A stretch of 63,666 nt of DNA from Candidatus Bathyarchaeota archaeon (GCA_016927895.1 JAFGLT010000072.1:1-63666); one strand, 5' to 3'. Shown: positions 27,077 to 37,544, numbered from the stretch's first letter. Numbers and translations are program-made. Notes: generated by a model from the sequence alone, not told the origin.

Positions 27077-29356
27077 TTGCGTGTTAAAATCAACGTTACA
27101 GGAATCGTTCAAGGCGTTGGCTTCCGCCCCTTCGTTTACCGCATAGCAGTGCTAAACGGCTTGACAGGTTACGTGCGCAACCGTGGCGATGCAGGCGTAG
27201 AAATCCTGCTGGAGGGCGAGGAGCGAAGCATCTGGAATTTTCTGCGCGACCTGAACGAGAAGAAACCACCTCTAACACACATACACGACATCATCAAAAA
27301 GACGCTCACGGGCAAAAACGAGCACGCAAAATTTACTATTTACAAAAGCTCCGAGCAAACAGAGCTTTCAGGCTCAATTATCCCGCCCGACGTCGTCATA
27401 TGCAACGATTGCCTGAGAGAATTACGGGACCCGAAAGACCCGCGGCACGACTACTTCTTCATCACCTGCACCAACTGTGGACCGCGCTTCACGATTATTG
27501 AGTGTTTGCCGTATGACCGCGAAAACACAACCATGCTCGAGTTCCCAATGTGCAGCTTCTGCCAACGTGAGTACAGTGACCCGTTGAATAGGCGTTTTCA
27601 CGCGCAAACCGTAGCGTGCCCAACATGCGGACCCAAAGCCTATTTAACCACACGAGGCGGCGAGCATGTTAAGCACGCGGACCCAGTGCGTGAAGCTGGA
27701 CGCTTGCTCAGTGAAGGCGCAGTTCTCGCTGTGAAAGGCTACGGGGGTTTCCACGTTGCCTCTTCCGCAACCCGAGACGAGCCGTTGCAGGCGCTTCGAA
27801 GAGCGAAGCACAGGAGAGCCAAGCCTTTCGCTATCATGGCGCGAAACTTGGAAGCCGCAAAAGGATTCGCCGAAGTAACTTCGAAGGAGCAGGAGCTGCT
27901 TTCTTCCTACGCGCGTCCGATAGTGCTTCTGAACAAAAATGCTGCTTACAATCTTTCACCGTTGGTTGCGCCTGACCTGCACAACGTCGGCGTGATGTTA
28001 CCCTACACTGGACTGCATTACATGCTCTTCGACCGAGTTGACGACGCTGCGTTCGTGATGACAAGCGCGAACCCGCCTAACCAACCCATCGTCAAAGACA
28101 ACGACGAAGCACTGAAAACACTGGGCGATACTGTCGACTATTTCCTGTTTCACAACCGCAAAATCGCCTACCGATGCGACGACTCCGTCCTACGAGTTCA
28201 CGGCGCCTCCCCATCGTTTATAAGGCGAAGCAGAGGCTACGCGCCAGCACCCCTGATGCTAAAAGAAAAAGCCCAGCGCTGCGTTATCGGCTTGGGAGGC
28301 GAACTGAACAACACCGCCTGCGTTCTGTTAGCGAACAAAGCGTTCATCAGCCAGCACGTCGGCGACGTGGAAAACGTTGAAACCCGTGGGTTCCTCCAAG
28401 AAGCAACAAGCCACCTGATTCGCTTAACCAACAGCCACGTGGACGCTGTAGCCTGCGATTTGCACCCGAAATTCACCACCACCCACCTCGCGCAGGAGTT
28501 GGCAGAACAAAACGGTTGGCAGCTTATCCAAGTGCAGCACCATCACGCTCACGTTGCGGCGTTGATGATGGAGCATGCGGTGGACGAGTTGGTGGGCGTA
28601 ACCTGCGACGGCTACGGTTACGGCGCTGACGGCGGGGCGTGGGGCGGCGAAATCCTATTTTGCACGCGTGAATCCGAGGGTTTCAAGCGGCTCGCGAATC
28701 TGGAACCGCAACCCTTGCTCGGTGGAGACGCGGCTACTCGTTACCCCCTGCGTATAGCGGCTGGGATGCTCAGCAAAAACGTGAACGTGGAGCCTTGGCT
28801 TCTTAAGCATAGCGGTCGTTTGCTTCACGGAGAAACCGAGGCTAAACTTATTCTCCAGCAGCTTGGGAAGGGCGTTGGCGTCACAGAGACCACGAGTTGC
28901 GGCAGGGTCTTGGACGCTGTCTCCGCGGTTCTCGGCGTGTGCTACGCGCGAACTTACGAGGGGGAACCCGCCATCAAGCTGGAATCCGCTGCAATTAAAG
29001 GCAAAGACGTGCTGAACATGGAGCCTGTAATCGAGGGGGACGTGTTGGGTACGTCGCAGATGCTTCACGCGGTCTTTGAGAATCTGTGCAAGGTGTCTAC
29101 GGCGGATTTGGCTTATTCTGCTCACGCCTACTTAGCCCGCGGCTTGGCTTCCTTAGCCGTAGCTAAAGCTTTGGAGCAGGGCGTGGGGGCTGTGGGTTTT
29201 TCAGGTGGTGCGGCTTGCAACCAGATTTTGGCGGAGGTTATGCGTGGGACGGTGGAGGCTGCGGGCTTGAAGTTCCTGGTTCACGGTTCGATTCCTGCGG
29301 GTGACGGCGGTGTTTCCTTTGGCCAAGCGGTTGTAGGTGGCTTTTTCAGGGTTTAG
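27077..29356 (+). CDS. hypF: [NiFe]-hydrogenase maturation carbamoyltransferase HypF
   Basis: An acylphosphatase domain (GIVQGVGFRPFVYRIA), two CxxC zinc-finger pairs, and YrdC and Kae1-like domains are present. TTG start. Confidence 0.95.
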   Translation: MRVKINVTGIVQGVGFRPFVYRIAVLNGLTGYVRNRGDAGVEILLEGEERSIWNFLRDLNEKKPPLTHIHDIIKKTLTGKNEHAKFTIYKSSEQTELSGSIIPPDVVICNDCLRELRDPKDPRHDYFFITCTNCGPRFTIIECLPYDRENTTMLEFPMCSFCQREYSDPLNRRFHAQTVACPTCGPKAYLTTRGGEHVKHADPVREAGRLLSEGAVLAVKGYGGFHVASSATRDEPLQALRRAKHRRAKPFAIMARNLEAAKGFAEVTSKEQELLSSYARPIVLLNKNAAYNLSPLVAPDLHNVGVMLPYTGLHYMLFDRVDDAAFVMTSANPPNQPIVKDNDEALKTLGDTVDYFLFHNRKIAYRCDDSVLRVHGASPSFIRRSRGYAPAPLMLKEKAQRCVIGLGGELNNTACVLLANKAFISQHVGDVENVETRGFLQEATSHLIRLTNSHVDAVACDLHPKFTTTHLAQELAEQNGWQLIQVQHHHAHVAALMMEHAVDELVGVTCDGYGYGADGGAWGGEILFCTRESEGFKRLANLEPQPLLGGDAATRYPLRIAAGMLSKNVNVEPWLLKHSGRLLHGETEAKLILQQLGKGVGVTETTSCGRVLDAVSAVLGVCYARTYEGEPAIKLESAAIKGKDVLNMEPVIEGDVLGTSQMLHAVFENLCKVSTADLAYSAHAYLARGLASLAVAKALEQGVGAVGFSGGAACNQILAEVMRGTVEAAGLKFLVHGSIPAGDGGVSFGQAVVGGFFRV

Positions 29357-29406
29357 ACCACACTCTTTTTATCGCTGTTCACTCCCGTGTTTATGTTGAT
29401 GCAACA

Positions 29407-29640
29407 ATGTGTTTGGCGATTCCAGCGCTTGTCACGCGTTTAGAAGGCGGCAAAGCCCAAGTGGACTTCGGAGAAGGTGTCCTAAGAGACGTTAACGTAT
29501 CCCTTGTAGACGCCAAGGTAGGCGACTACGTTTTGGTGCACGCAGGCTACGCCATCCAAACCGTTGACAAAGAAGACGCGCTTGAAACGTTAGCCTTGTG
29601 GAAGGAGATTCTCGCGGCTGAAAAAGACCCGGGAAGCTGA
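29407..29640 (+). CDS. hypC: Hydrogenase assembly chaperone HypC
   Basis: The MCLAIPA N-terminus is the hallmark of HypC/HupF. Confidence 0.9.
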   Translation: MCLAIPALVTRLEGGKAQVDFGEGVLRDVNVSLVDAKVGDYVLVHAGYAIQTVDKEDALETLALWKEILAAEKDPGS

Positions 29641-29646
29641 ATTGGG

Positions 29647-30741
29647 ATGGCTGAGAAACTTAGGTTCAGAGACCCTGATCTGGCAAAAGTAATTGTACAG
29701 AAGATTCGGAAGGTAACACCTAAGGATGAGCATGTGAAGTTTTGTCATGTCTGCGGCACCCACGAGTGGACAATCACGCATTACGGCTTACGCAGCCTCT
29801 TGCCTGAGAATGTTGAGGTCATCGCGGGTCCCGGTTGCCCAGTTTGTATTGTGCCAGCCGCTGAGATTGACGAGGCGGTGCAGTTGGCTCAGAAAGGCGT
29901 GGTCATAACCTGTTTCGGTGATGTTCTGCGTGTGCCTGGCAGCAATATGAGCTTGCTGGAGGCTAAGGCAGAGGGCGCAGATGTCCGTGTTGTTTACGGT
30001 GTTTCTGACGCGGTTGAAATGGCAAAGCGTGAGCCTGACAAGGAGTTTGTGTTTTCGGCGGTGGGTTTTGAAACTACTGCGCCGTCCACAGCGGTTGAAG
30101 CGCTTGTGGGTCCGCCAGAGAACTTTAGTTTTTTGGTTTCGCACCGTTTGATTCCGCCTGCCATGGAGCTTTTGCTGGGTGTGGGCGACTTGAACATTAG
30201 CGGTTTTCTTGCGCCGGGGCATGTGAGCGCTATTATTGGTATGAAGCCTTACGAGCTTTTCCCGCGGGTTTATCGTATGCCTACGGTGGTGGCGGGTTTC
30301 GAGCCCATAGACGTTTTGATGGGCGTTTACATGCTTTTGAAGCAGTGTGCTGAGGCAACGGCAAGGCTGGAGAACGAGTATTCCCGCGTGGTGAAGTGGG
30401 AAGGAAACCCGAAAGCGCTGGAAGCCATGGAGCGGGCGTTTGCGGTTACGGGAGGCAACTGGCGCGGCATCGGCAGGTTGCCTGACTCAGCTTTGAAGCT
30501 GCGTGATGAGCTTTTGGCTTATGACGCTCGTGAAAAGTATGGTGTCAACGTTGAGCAGGGCAAGGATATTCTGCTTGGCTGCGAGTGCCACTTAGTGATT
30601 ATCGGCAAAATAAAGCCAAACGAATGTCCCATGTTCATGAAGGCTTGCACGCCTGCGAAGCCTATTGGCGCCTGCATGGTCAGCAGTGAAGGCACATGCA
30701 GAGTGTGGGCAAAAACGGCTGCGGCTCAAAAGGTTAACTGA
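29647..30741 (+). CDS. hypD: Hydrogenase maturation factor HypD
   Basis: CHVCGTHE, GPGCPVC and GFETT motifs. Confidence 0.95.
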   Translation: MAEKLRFRDPDLAKVIVQKIRKVTPKDEHVKFCHVCGTHEWTITHYGLRSLLPENVEVIAGPGCPVCIVPAAEIDEAVQLAQKGVVITCFGDVLRVPGSNMSLLEAKAEGADVRVVYGVSDAVEMAKREPDKEFVFSAVGFETTAPSTAVEALVGPPENFSFLVSHRLIPPAMELLLGVGDLNISGFLAPGHVSAIIGMKPYELFPRVYRMPTVVAGFEPIDVLMGVYMLLKQCAEATARLENEYSRVVKWEGNPKALEAMERAFAVTGGNWRGIGRLPDSALKLRDELLAYDAREKYGVNVEQGKDILLGCECHLVIIGKIKPNECPMFMKACTPAKPIGACMVSSEGTCRVWAKTAAAQKVN

Positions 30742-31372
30742 TTATTTCTGCCTTGATTAGTACAATGTCAGTTAATGGCAGGCAGTCCGAATCCGTTTCC
30801 GCGCTCGAGATCGCGTCTACAACATCCATGCCTGAAGTTACGGTGCCAAAAACCGTGTAGGTTTCGTCGAATTCTGTGCCATCGCTGTACACGATTTCAT
30901 TGTTGTTTGCCACGTTGATGAAGAATTGGCTGGTCGCTGAGTTTGGCTGGCTTGTTTTCGCCATGGCTACGGTGCCTCTGTAGTTGTGGTTGTCGCTGCC
31001 TATCTCGTCAGCTATAGTGTCGACTGTCACGTCGGTGTTCTGGCCGCCTTGGACCACGAAATCGGCGATTACTCGGTGGAAGATTGTGCCGTCGTAAAAG
31101 CCTTGCTCGATTAGGTTCTTGAAGTTGCCTGTGGTTATGGGTTTGTCATCTCGAAGTTGGATAGTTATATTCCCAAGGCTGGTTTGCAGCAGAACAGTTC
31201 CCCCTGAACTTGTTGAACCACCTGAATCATCATCCAATGAGAACACGTGGACCACTGCGACAACTACAGTTATTATAATCAATAAACCTATCGCAAGCGG
31301 CAGCTTGCTGCTTTTGCGGTGTGTGTGCTTGAACTTTTTTTGTCTACCTGATTTTCCGGGGCTCATATCCAA
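30734..31372 (-). CDS. Membrane-anchored or secreted cyclophilin-type peptidyl-prolyl isomerase
   Basis: N-terminal TM segment plus FHRVIADFVVQGG and the cyclophilin core. Confidence 0.85.
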   Translation of the reverse strand: MDMSPGKSGRQKKFKHTHRKSSKLPLAIGLLIIITVVVAVVHVFSLDDDSGGSTSSGGTVLLQTSLGNITIQLRDDKPITTGNFKNLIEQGFYDGTIFHRVIADFVVQGGQNTDVTVDTIADEIGSDNHNYRGTVAMAKTSQPNSATSQFFINVANNNEIVYSDGTEFDETYTVFGTVTSGMDVVDAISSAETDSDCLPLTDIVLIKAEIIS

Positions 31373-31429
31373 CCCATCTGACTATTATTTATTTAAATTT
31401 GTTTCAAAATTTGAGGCTCGCGCTGTGCA

Positions 31430-32497
31430 TTAGCAGATTCTTGGCACGGGGTCGCCTACTGGTCGGGCAATTATCCGTTTGCCGCCTACCGCCGTCTGCA
31501 TGGCTACACCTTTGAAGTCGCTTGTGGCTTCGCCGATTATCTCTGCGTCCTTGCCTTCCGGAGTTTGCTTCAGCCAGTTCAACAGCTGTTCTGCTTTGGC
31601 TGTTACGGCGCCGATTACTATTTTGCCTTCGTTGCCAACTTCAAGAGGGTCCAGCCCCAGCATTTCAGACGCGGTGCGTACGTCTTCTCTTATGGGAATT
31701 TTTTCTTCGTGGATTAGTATTCCTACTTTGGATTTTTCGCTAAGTTCGTTCAGGGCGTCAGCTAACCCGCCTCGCGTGGCGTCCTTTATGGTGACGGCTC
31801 CGCCGACTTCGCCGAGCATACGATGAATCAGCTTGTTCAGGGGTTTAACGTCGCTTTTTATCTCGCTTCCAAAGGTCAAACCCTGCTGGGCTGAGAGCAC
31901 TGCCAAGCCGTGGTCGCCTAAAGTGCCAGACACGATTATCTCGTCGCCGACGCTGAGGTTGGAGTCCAAAAGCCAACGAGAAGTGAAGTCTTTTCGGTAC
32001 TGCTTGACCACTTCAAGGTTGCTTTCCAACGCTGGGGTTCTTCTGCCGATTCCTGACACGTTCATTACGCAGCCGCCCAAGCTGCCTTTCTCAACCACTT
32101 TGGTGTCGCCTGTGACTATGCACACTCCCGCTTCAATGCAGCTTTCCCGCATGCTAACCAGAATCCGTTCAAGGTCCGAAAGCAGCAAACCCTCCTCAAG
32201 AACCAAGCCGCAAGCCAAAGCGTAAGGTTCAGCACCCAAACACGCAATATCATTAACAGTGCCTGAGACTGCTATGCGACCGATGTCACCGCCAGGAAAG
32301 AAAATGGGTTTAACCGCGTGGGAATCACTTTTCAGAACTATGTCTCCTACAACAGCCGCGTCATCCATAGCTTCAAGCGGCACCTCAGCGTTACCCACGC
32401 CCCCAAAATACTTCACCACGTAATTCTTAACCAAATCATGCATCACAGTGCCACCAGCACCATGCAGCATAGTTATCGCGTCTTTTTTCTCAGTCAT
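31430..32497 (-). CDS. hypE: Hydrogenase maturation protein HypE
   Basis: AIR-synthase-like fold ending in the PRIC C-terminal motif typical of HypE. Confidence 0.95.
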   Translation of the reverse strand: MTEKKDAITMLHGAGGTVMHDLVKNYVVKYFGGVGNAEVPLEAMDDAAVVGDIVLKSDSHAVKPIFFPGGDIGRIAVSGTVNDIACLGAEPYALACGLVLEEGLLLSDLERILVSMRESCIEAGVCIVTGDTKVVEKGSLGGCVMNVSGIGRRTPALESNLEVVKQYRKDFTSRWLLDSNLSVGDEIIVSGTLGDHGLAVLSAQQGLTFGSEIKSDVKPLNKLIHRMLGEVGGAVTIKDATRGGLADALNELSEKSKVGILIHEEKIPIREDVRTASEMLGLDPLEVGNEGKIVIGAVTAKAEQLLNWLKQTPEGKDAEIIGEATSDFKGVAMQTAVGGKRIIARPVGDPVPRIC

Positions 32498-32813
32498 CCC
32501 AGTTCCCTTTCAGATTGAGATAAGTAACCTTAAGGGTTAAAAATAAACACATCGTAGAAACATTAACAAACTATCCATACACACTCGCTTTTTCAGTCAC
32601 CCCGTTTTTTTATAGGGGGCTATGCAGAAAAATAACGCAACAGTTCAGCTCTGGCCTCAACATCCATCTAAACGGTTGCCATCGAAGTTTTCGGGAAAAA
32701 ACTATAAAAGTGAAGCTGTTGCTAGAACGTACACACCTCACGTCTTTACGAACGTCCTACATTCAGGACTTTACCTAGTTCCGAACTAGTTATCCTAGTT
32801 TTGATACGGAAAG

Positions 32814-32823
32814 CCATATAAAT
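32814..32823 (+). promoter_or_regulatory. Putative TATA box of the r-protein operon
   Basis: CCATATAAAT lies about 45 nt upstream of the rpl22 ATG (32868). Confidence 0.4.
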
Positions 32824-32867
32824 CGCGATTACGCTGTTGAATTGCACAATTGGAGACGATACGTAAA

Positions 32868-33356
32868 ATGCCAAAATGGGGATACTCCATAATCGAAGAA
32901 GAATTAGACCCTGAAAAAACAGCGAAAGCCAGCGGTAGAGAAATCAGAGTGTCCCACAAGGCAGCAAGAGAAGTCTGCCGAGCAGTCAAAGGCATGATGC
33001 TCTCCAACGCTAAAACTTACCTTAGAGACGTTATCGACAAAAAGAAAGCGGTTCCCTACAGAAGATACAAAAAGAAAGTTGGACACCGCAGCGGAATCGA
33101 AAAAACCTTCGCAGGAAGATACCCCGTGAAAACATCACAGCAAATCCTCCGTGTAATCGAAGCCGCAGAATCAAACGCTGAAAACAAAGGCTTAGACTTA
33201 GACAGGCTCCGCGTACTCCACGCAGCCGCCTACCCCGGAATGAAAATTAAACGCTACACTCCAAGAGCACACGGAAGAGCTTCACCAAAATACGAAACCA
33301 CTGTACACGTCGAAATCGTCTTGGAAGAAAAACCTGGACAAGAGGAAGGAATTTAA
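32868..33356 (+). CDS. rpl22: 50S ribosomal protein uL22
   Basis: MPKWGYS...AKASGREIRVSHKAAREVCRAVKGM. The ORF is open from TTG 32850. Confidence 0.9.
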   Translation: MPKWGYSIIEEELDPEKTAKASGREIRVSHKAAREVCRAVKGMMLSNAKTYLRDVIDKKKAVPYRRYKKKVGHRSGIEKTFAGRYPVKTSQQILRVIEAAESNAENKGLDLDRLRVLHAAAYPGMKIKRYTPRAHGRASPKYETTVHVEIVLEEKPGQEEGI

Positions 33357-34276
33357 TGTCCATCGTCAAACGCTTCATAACAGAATCAATCAAAAAAACC
33401 GAAATAGACGAATTTTTGCAGAAAAAACTTGAACGCGCTGGCTACGGCGGCGTTGACCTTTCTAAAACCCCGCTTGGCACCCACGTGGTAATCTATGCCA
33501 TGCGTCCAGGCATAGTCATTGGTCGTGGCGGCGAAACAATAAAAGACCTCGCCATAACCCTTGAAGAAAACTTTAAGCTCGCAAACCCTCAAATTTCTGT
33601 TTCTGAAATCGAAGTTCCCGAATTCAACGCTTATGTTATTGCGTCACGCGTAGCTTCCGCCCTCCAGAGAGGTGTCCACTTCAGACGCGCTGGTTTCTGG
33701 GCTCTAAACCAAGTCATGGAAGCAGGAGCACTAGGCGCAGAAATAGTGATAAGCGGCAAACTTCGAACCGAAAGAGCCCGCTTCGAAAAGTTCCGAGCCG
33801 GCTACTTCCCAAGATGCGGCGACCCCGCCTTAACATACATGAAAAAAGCCGAAGCTCACGTTCAACTCAAACCAGGCATCATCGGCGTAAGAGTCAAGAT
33901 AATGCCGCCAGACGCACAATTCCCCGACAAAATCAAAATCATCCAAGAACTGCCACCTGAAGAAATCGAAGAAAAACCAGAACAAAAACCAGAAAAACCA
34001 GCAGAAACTCCAGAGCAAACAATCAAAGTAGAAGAACTACCCGAAGAACCCACCAAACCAACTGAAGCAGCTCCAGAGAAAGCTGAGGTTGAAGTAGCGG
34101 TGGAGGAAGAAGCGGCTGTGGAGGAGCCAGTTGTAGAAGATAAGGTTGAAGCTTCAGAGGATGTGGCGGGGGAAGCAGTTGAAGAAGAAGTTGGCGAAAC
34201 AACTGCGGAAACACCAGCAGAGAAAGTGAAAGCACCTGCGGAAGGGCCAGTCGCGGAAGAGGAGGTAAAGGAGTAA
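33356..34276 (+). CDS. rps3: 30S ribosomal protein uS3 with ~100-aa acidic E/P/A/V-rich C-terminal tail
   Basis: A KH domain and the uS3 core are followed by low complexity from about PEEIEEKPEQKPEK to the end. The start overlaps the rpl22 stop (TAATG). Confidence 0.9.
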   Translation: MSIVKRFITESIKKTEIDEFLQKKLERAGYGGVDLSKTPLGTHVVIYAMRPGIVIGRGGETIKDLAITLEENFKLANPQISVSEIEVPEFNAYVIASRVASALQRGVHFRRAGFWALNQVMEAGALGAEIVISGKLRTERARFEKFRAGYFPRCGDPALTYMKKAEAHVQLKPGIIGVRVKIMPPDAQFPDKIKIIQELPPEEIEEKPEQKPEKPAETPEQTIKVEELPEEPTKPTEAAPEKAEVEVAVEEEAAVEEPVVEDKVEASEDVAGEAVEEEVGETTAETPAEKVKAPAEGPVAEEEVKE

Positions 34277-34537
34277 GTGCCTATTCTTCGATTGAAAGAA
34301 ATCAGAGGCATGTCTGCTGAAGACCGAGAGAAGAAGGTCTCTGAGCTTAGGGCAGAACTGGCTAGGCTGAAAACCATGGTTAGAGCTGGTGGTGCTGTTG
34401 AGAATCCTGCTCGGATAAGAGAATTGCGTAAGACAATCGCCAAGATTCTTACAATAGAGAACGAAGACAAACTGGGGCTTAGAAAAACGGAAGAAACACC
34501 TGAGAAAAAAGGTAAGACGGAGAAGAAAAGCAAATGA
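34277..34537 (+). CDS. rpl29: 50S ribosomal protein uL29
   Basis: LKEIRGMSAEDREKKVSELRAELARLK. GTG start, with a K/E-rich tail. Confidence 0.85.
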   Translation: MPILRLKEIRGMSAEDREKKVSELRAELARLKTMVRAGGAVENPARIRELRKTIAKILTIENEDKLGLRKTEETPEKKGKTEKKSK

Positions 34538-34815
34538 AAATAACCCCAGACATCATAAGTCACGAGTTCATAGGAACTGAAGGAAAAATCGCTGAAAGCC
34601 CCCACGCAGGTTATGTTGGGATACGCGGCGAGGTAATTGACGAAACAAAAAACACGTTCACACTTCTACATAAAGGAAAAGCAAAAAGTGTACTGAAAAA
34701 CTCGGTGGTTTTCAACTTCAAGTTTTCCGACGGAACCATTGTTGAAATCGACGGCAGACTTTTGGTTGGTAGACCTGAAGACCGCCTTAAAAAAACCGTG
34801 AAGAGGTTATGGTAA
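34534..34815 (+). CDS. rnp1: RNase P protein component 1 (Rpp29/Pop4)
   Basis: It holds the conserved position between rpl29 and rps17. GLxGxVVDETKNT-like motif (IRGEVIDETKNTFTL). Confidence 0.85.
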   Translation: MKITPDIISHEFIGTEGKIAESPHAGYVGIRGEVIDETKNTFTLLHKGKAKSVLKNSVVFNFKFSDGTIVEIDGRLLVGRPEDRLKKTVKRLW

Positions 34816-35132
34816 TGTCTCTAACTTTCAAGAAACCCAAAAAATCATGCGACGACAGGAATTGCCCGTTCCACGGGACACTTTCTGTGAGAGGTCGCGT
34901 TTTCGACGGCGTCGTCGTCACTGCGAAAATGGACAAAACAGTTGTTGTGGAACGTGAGTACCTTCAATTCTCACCTAAGTTCGTGAGGTACGAGCGAAGG
35001 CGCGGTCATATTCCATCACATAATCCCCCGTGCATTGGCGCAAAAGAAGGCGACCGCGTGAGGATCGCGGAGTGCCGTCCCATCAGCAAGACAGTATCCT
35101 TTGTTATTGTGGAGAAAGTGGAGGCGAAGTAA
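34809..35132 (+). CDS. rps17: 30S ribosomal protein uS17
   Basis: [37 protein letters not shown]. Confidence 0.9.
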   Translation: MVMSLTFKKPKKSCDDRNCPFHGTLSVRGRVFDGVVVTAKMDKTVVVEREYLQFSPKFVRYERRRGHIPSHNPPCIGAKEGDRVRIAECRPISKTVSFVIVEKVEAK

Positions 35133-35133
35133 C

Positions 35134-35574
35134 ATGGCGGCGAAGGCAAAACAACGTGCACTAATCGCGAAAGGCATGCTTTCTCACGGACAGAAAGTTT
35201 CGAGAGGGCTTCCAGTGGGCTCTACTTTGAGGTGTACTGATAACACTGGCGCACGCGTACTGCGTTTAATCCAAGTTATGGGCTATAAAGGCAGGTTAAG
35301 ACGCTACCCAACCGCTACGGTGGGTGACAAAGTCACTGTTTCGGTCAGGCAAGGGGCACCCGACATGCGGAAAAAGATTTTCCAAGCAGTAATTGTAAGA
35401 CAGCGGAAACCTTACAAGAGAATTGATGGTGTCTGGGTTCAGTTTGAAGATAACGCCGCGGTGATTATAACTCCTGATGGTGAAATGAAAGGCTCTGAAA
35501 TTCGTGGTCCCGTGGCAAGGGAATCTGCTGAAAGATGGCCGAGAATAGCAAGTGCCTCAAGCATGATAGTGTAG
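35134..35574 (+). CDS. rpl14: 50S ribosomal protein uL14
   Basis: [17 protein letters not shown]...[23 protein letters not shown]. The ATG at 35134 is preferred over the longer ORF. Confidence 0.9.
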   Translation: MAAKAKQRALIAKGMLSHGQKVSRGLPVGSTLRCTDNTGARVLRLIQVMGYKGRLRRYPTATVGDKVTVSVRQGAPDMRKKIFQAVIVRQRKPYKRIDGVWVQFEDNAAVIITPDGEMKGSEIRGPVARESAERWPRIASASSMIV

Positions 35575-35583
35575 GTGAAGTGT

Positions 35584-36231
35584 ATGCAAACAACAAAAGC
35601 CGTAAAAGACCCGCGAAAACAGCGCAAACGTCTCTATAACGCTCCTGCTCATATACGCCACAAGTTGATGGCGGCTCCTCTCGCACCTGACCTTATCAGG
35701 TCAAAAGGCGTTAAAACCCTTCCCGTCAAAAAAGGCGACACTGTTCGTGTAGTACGCGGAGACCACATAGGGTTCGAAGGTAAAGTCAGCCGAGTAGATT
35801 TGAAGAGGTACCGCATATTCCTTGAAGGCTTAACACGCGAAAAAGTTGACGGAACAAACATATTTGTTTCAGTGCATCCGTCGAAGGTCATAATAAAAAA
35901 CCTGAAGCTTGACGACAAATGGCGAAAAGCAATTGTCGAAAGAAAGAAGGCACTAGCGCGGTCGAATGAAGAAAAGAAAGGAAAGAAAGCAGCAGAGAAA
36001 CCTCCTGCGAAGGCTGTTAAAGGAAAAGAAGAAAAACCAGTCGAGGAGACAGCAGTAGTTCAAGAGAAACCTGCGAAAAAACCAGCAAAGCCAGCAAAGA
36101 AAGCAGCGCAGAAGAAAACTGCCGCCAAAAAGAAAACAGAAAAAAAACCAGCGGCGGAAGCAAAGCCGAAAAAAGCAAAGAAAACGACCGTCGAGCGTAA
36201 GGCTGCCTCAAAAACTAAAGGAGGAACATAA
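35584..36231 (+). CDS. rpl24: 50S ribosomal protein uL24 with ~95-aa K/A/E-rich C-terminal tail
   Basis: A KOW motif (VKKGDTVRVVRGDHIGFEGKV) is followed by a Lys/Ala/Pro-rich extension. ATG lies 5 nt after AGGTGA. Confidence 0.9.
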   Translation: MQTTKAVKDPRKQRKRLYNAPAHIRHKLMAAPLAPDLIRSKGVKTLPVKKGDTVRVVRGDHIGFEGKVSRVDLKRYRIFLEGLTREKVDGTNIFVSVHPSKVIIKNLKLDDKWRKAIVERKKALARSNEEKKGKKAAEKPPAKAVKGKEEKPVEETAVVQEKPAKKPAKPAKKAAQKKTAAKKKTEKKPAAEAKPKKAKKTTVERKAASKTKGGT

Positions 36232-36233
36232 AT

Positions 36234-37001
36234 TTGGGCAAGAAAGGAAAAGTAGGAAGATTGAAACGTAACCCCGCTCCGCGGTTCTGGCCAATTCACA
36301 GGAAAGAAGCTGTTTGGATAGTGCGCCCTTCAGCTGGACCGCACTCTCTTGAGAAGTGTTTACCCCTTTCAATTGTTCTGCGCGACATTCTCAAAGTCGC
36401 TGAGACTAGGAAAGAAGCTAAAAAGATAATTGCAGAGGGTAACGTTTACGTTGATGGAAAAGTCAGACTCAAAGACGATTTCCCAGTAGGCTTGATGGAT
36501 ATTATTTCGATGCCTGACCTGAACCAGTTCTACAGGATACTGCCTTCACATAAAGGCCTATTTCTTAATCCTATCAGTAAAGAAGAAGCAAGTTTCAAGC
36601 TTTTACGGGTTGAAGACAAATCACTCGTCAAAAATGGAAAATCTCAAATTGCTTTCCACGATGGAACAACCATGCTTGAAAAAGCAGAAGCCACTGTAAA
36701 CCCGTCAGAAGTTGTTTACGAAACTTTCGCCACGTTGAAGGTGGAGCTTCCAGAAAAACAAGTTCTCGACCAGCTGAAAACCAGGAAAGGCAACATGGCT
36801 CTTATCACAGGTGGAAAGAACATCGGCAAACAGGGCAAAATCGTTGAGATAGAAAAAACTGAAGCGAAGAAACGTAGAAACGCCCTCGTAGTAGTTGAGG
36901 ACGAAAAAGGCAATCGTTACCAAACAATCTTGGATTTCGTGTTTTCAATAGGCGGCGCCAAATCTATCATATCTTTACCGGAGGTTGATTCAGTTGTCTG
37001 A
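36234..37001 (+). CDS. rps4e: 30S ribosomal protein eS4
   Basis: LKRNPAPRFWPIHRKE. TTG start. Confidence 0.9.
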   Translation: MGKKGKVGRLKRNPAPRFWPIHRKEAVWIVRPSAGPHSLEKCLPLSIVLRDILKVAETRKEAKKIIAEGNVYVDGKVRLKDDFPVGLMDIISMPDLNQFYRILPSHKGLFLNPISKEEASFKLLRVEDKSLVKNGKSQIAFHDGTTMLEKAEATVNPSEVVYETFATLKVELPEKQVLDQLKTRKGNMALITGGKNIGKQGKIVEIEKTEAKKRRNALVVVEDEKGNRYQTILDFVFSIGGAKSIISLPEVDSVV

Positions 37002-37008
37002 GGATGAA

Positions 37009-37533
37009 ATGTTTAAACAGTGGGAAGAGCAGCCGATGCTTAAACCAAGAATCGACAAGGTTGTTGTGAACCTTAACCTCGGAAAATCAGGAGATCCGCT
37101 GGAGAAAGCCTCTAGAGTATTGCAAGAGTTGACGGGTCAGACGCCTGTTAAGAGGCAAGCCAAGAAAACAATAAGAGACTTCGGGTTAAGGAAAGGCGAG
37201 TCAATTGCATGTGTCGTGACACTTAGAAAAGAGGCTGCAATTGATTTCCTCACGAAAGTTCTGCCTGTTATCGAGAACAAAATTTCTCTTTCATCTTTTG
37301 ACAAGCAAGGCAACTTTGCTTTCGGCATAAAGGAACACATTGAAATTGCTGGAGTAAAGTATGAACCTGACGTGGGTATCTTCGGGATGGATGTCTGTGT
37401 CTCCGTGAATCGACCGGGGTATCGAGTGAAAACTCGGAGAAAGCAGAAATCGCATATAGGTGCCAAGCATTTGTTAACGCCTGAAGAGTCAGTTGTTTTT
37501 GTCAGGCAAACTTTGGGAGTCGAAATCGTTTAG
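37009..37533 (+). CDS. rpl5: 50S ribosomal protein uL5
   Basis: [16 protein letters not shown]...FGIKEHIE...GMDVCV. The ORF is open from 36985. Confidence 0.9.
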   Translation: MFKQWEEQPMLKPRIDKVVVNLNLGKSGDPLEKASRVLQELTGQTPVKRQAKKTIRDFGLRKGESIACVVTLRKEAAIDFLTKVLPVIENKISLSSFDKQGNFAFGIKEHIEIAGVKYEPDVGIFGMDVCVSVNRPGYRVKTRRKQKSHIGAKHLLTPEESVVFVRQTLGVEIV

Positions 37534-37544
37534 GGTGTGAATGT

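Noticed and set aside
28655-30222. 156-aa and 144-aa minus-strand ORFs inside hypF and hypD
   Set aside because: They are Arg/His-rich antisense translations of GC-richer coding sequence. The sense genes are unambiguous.
33862-34605. 247-aa ORF on the minus strand (Ser/Ala/Gly-rich)
   Set aside because: It lies entirely antisense to rps3/rpl29. Its composition is the mirror image of the E/A/P/V-rich uS3 tail, so it is a shadow ORF.
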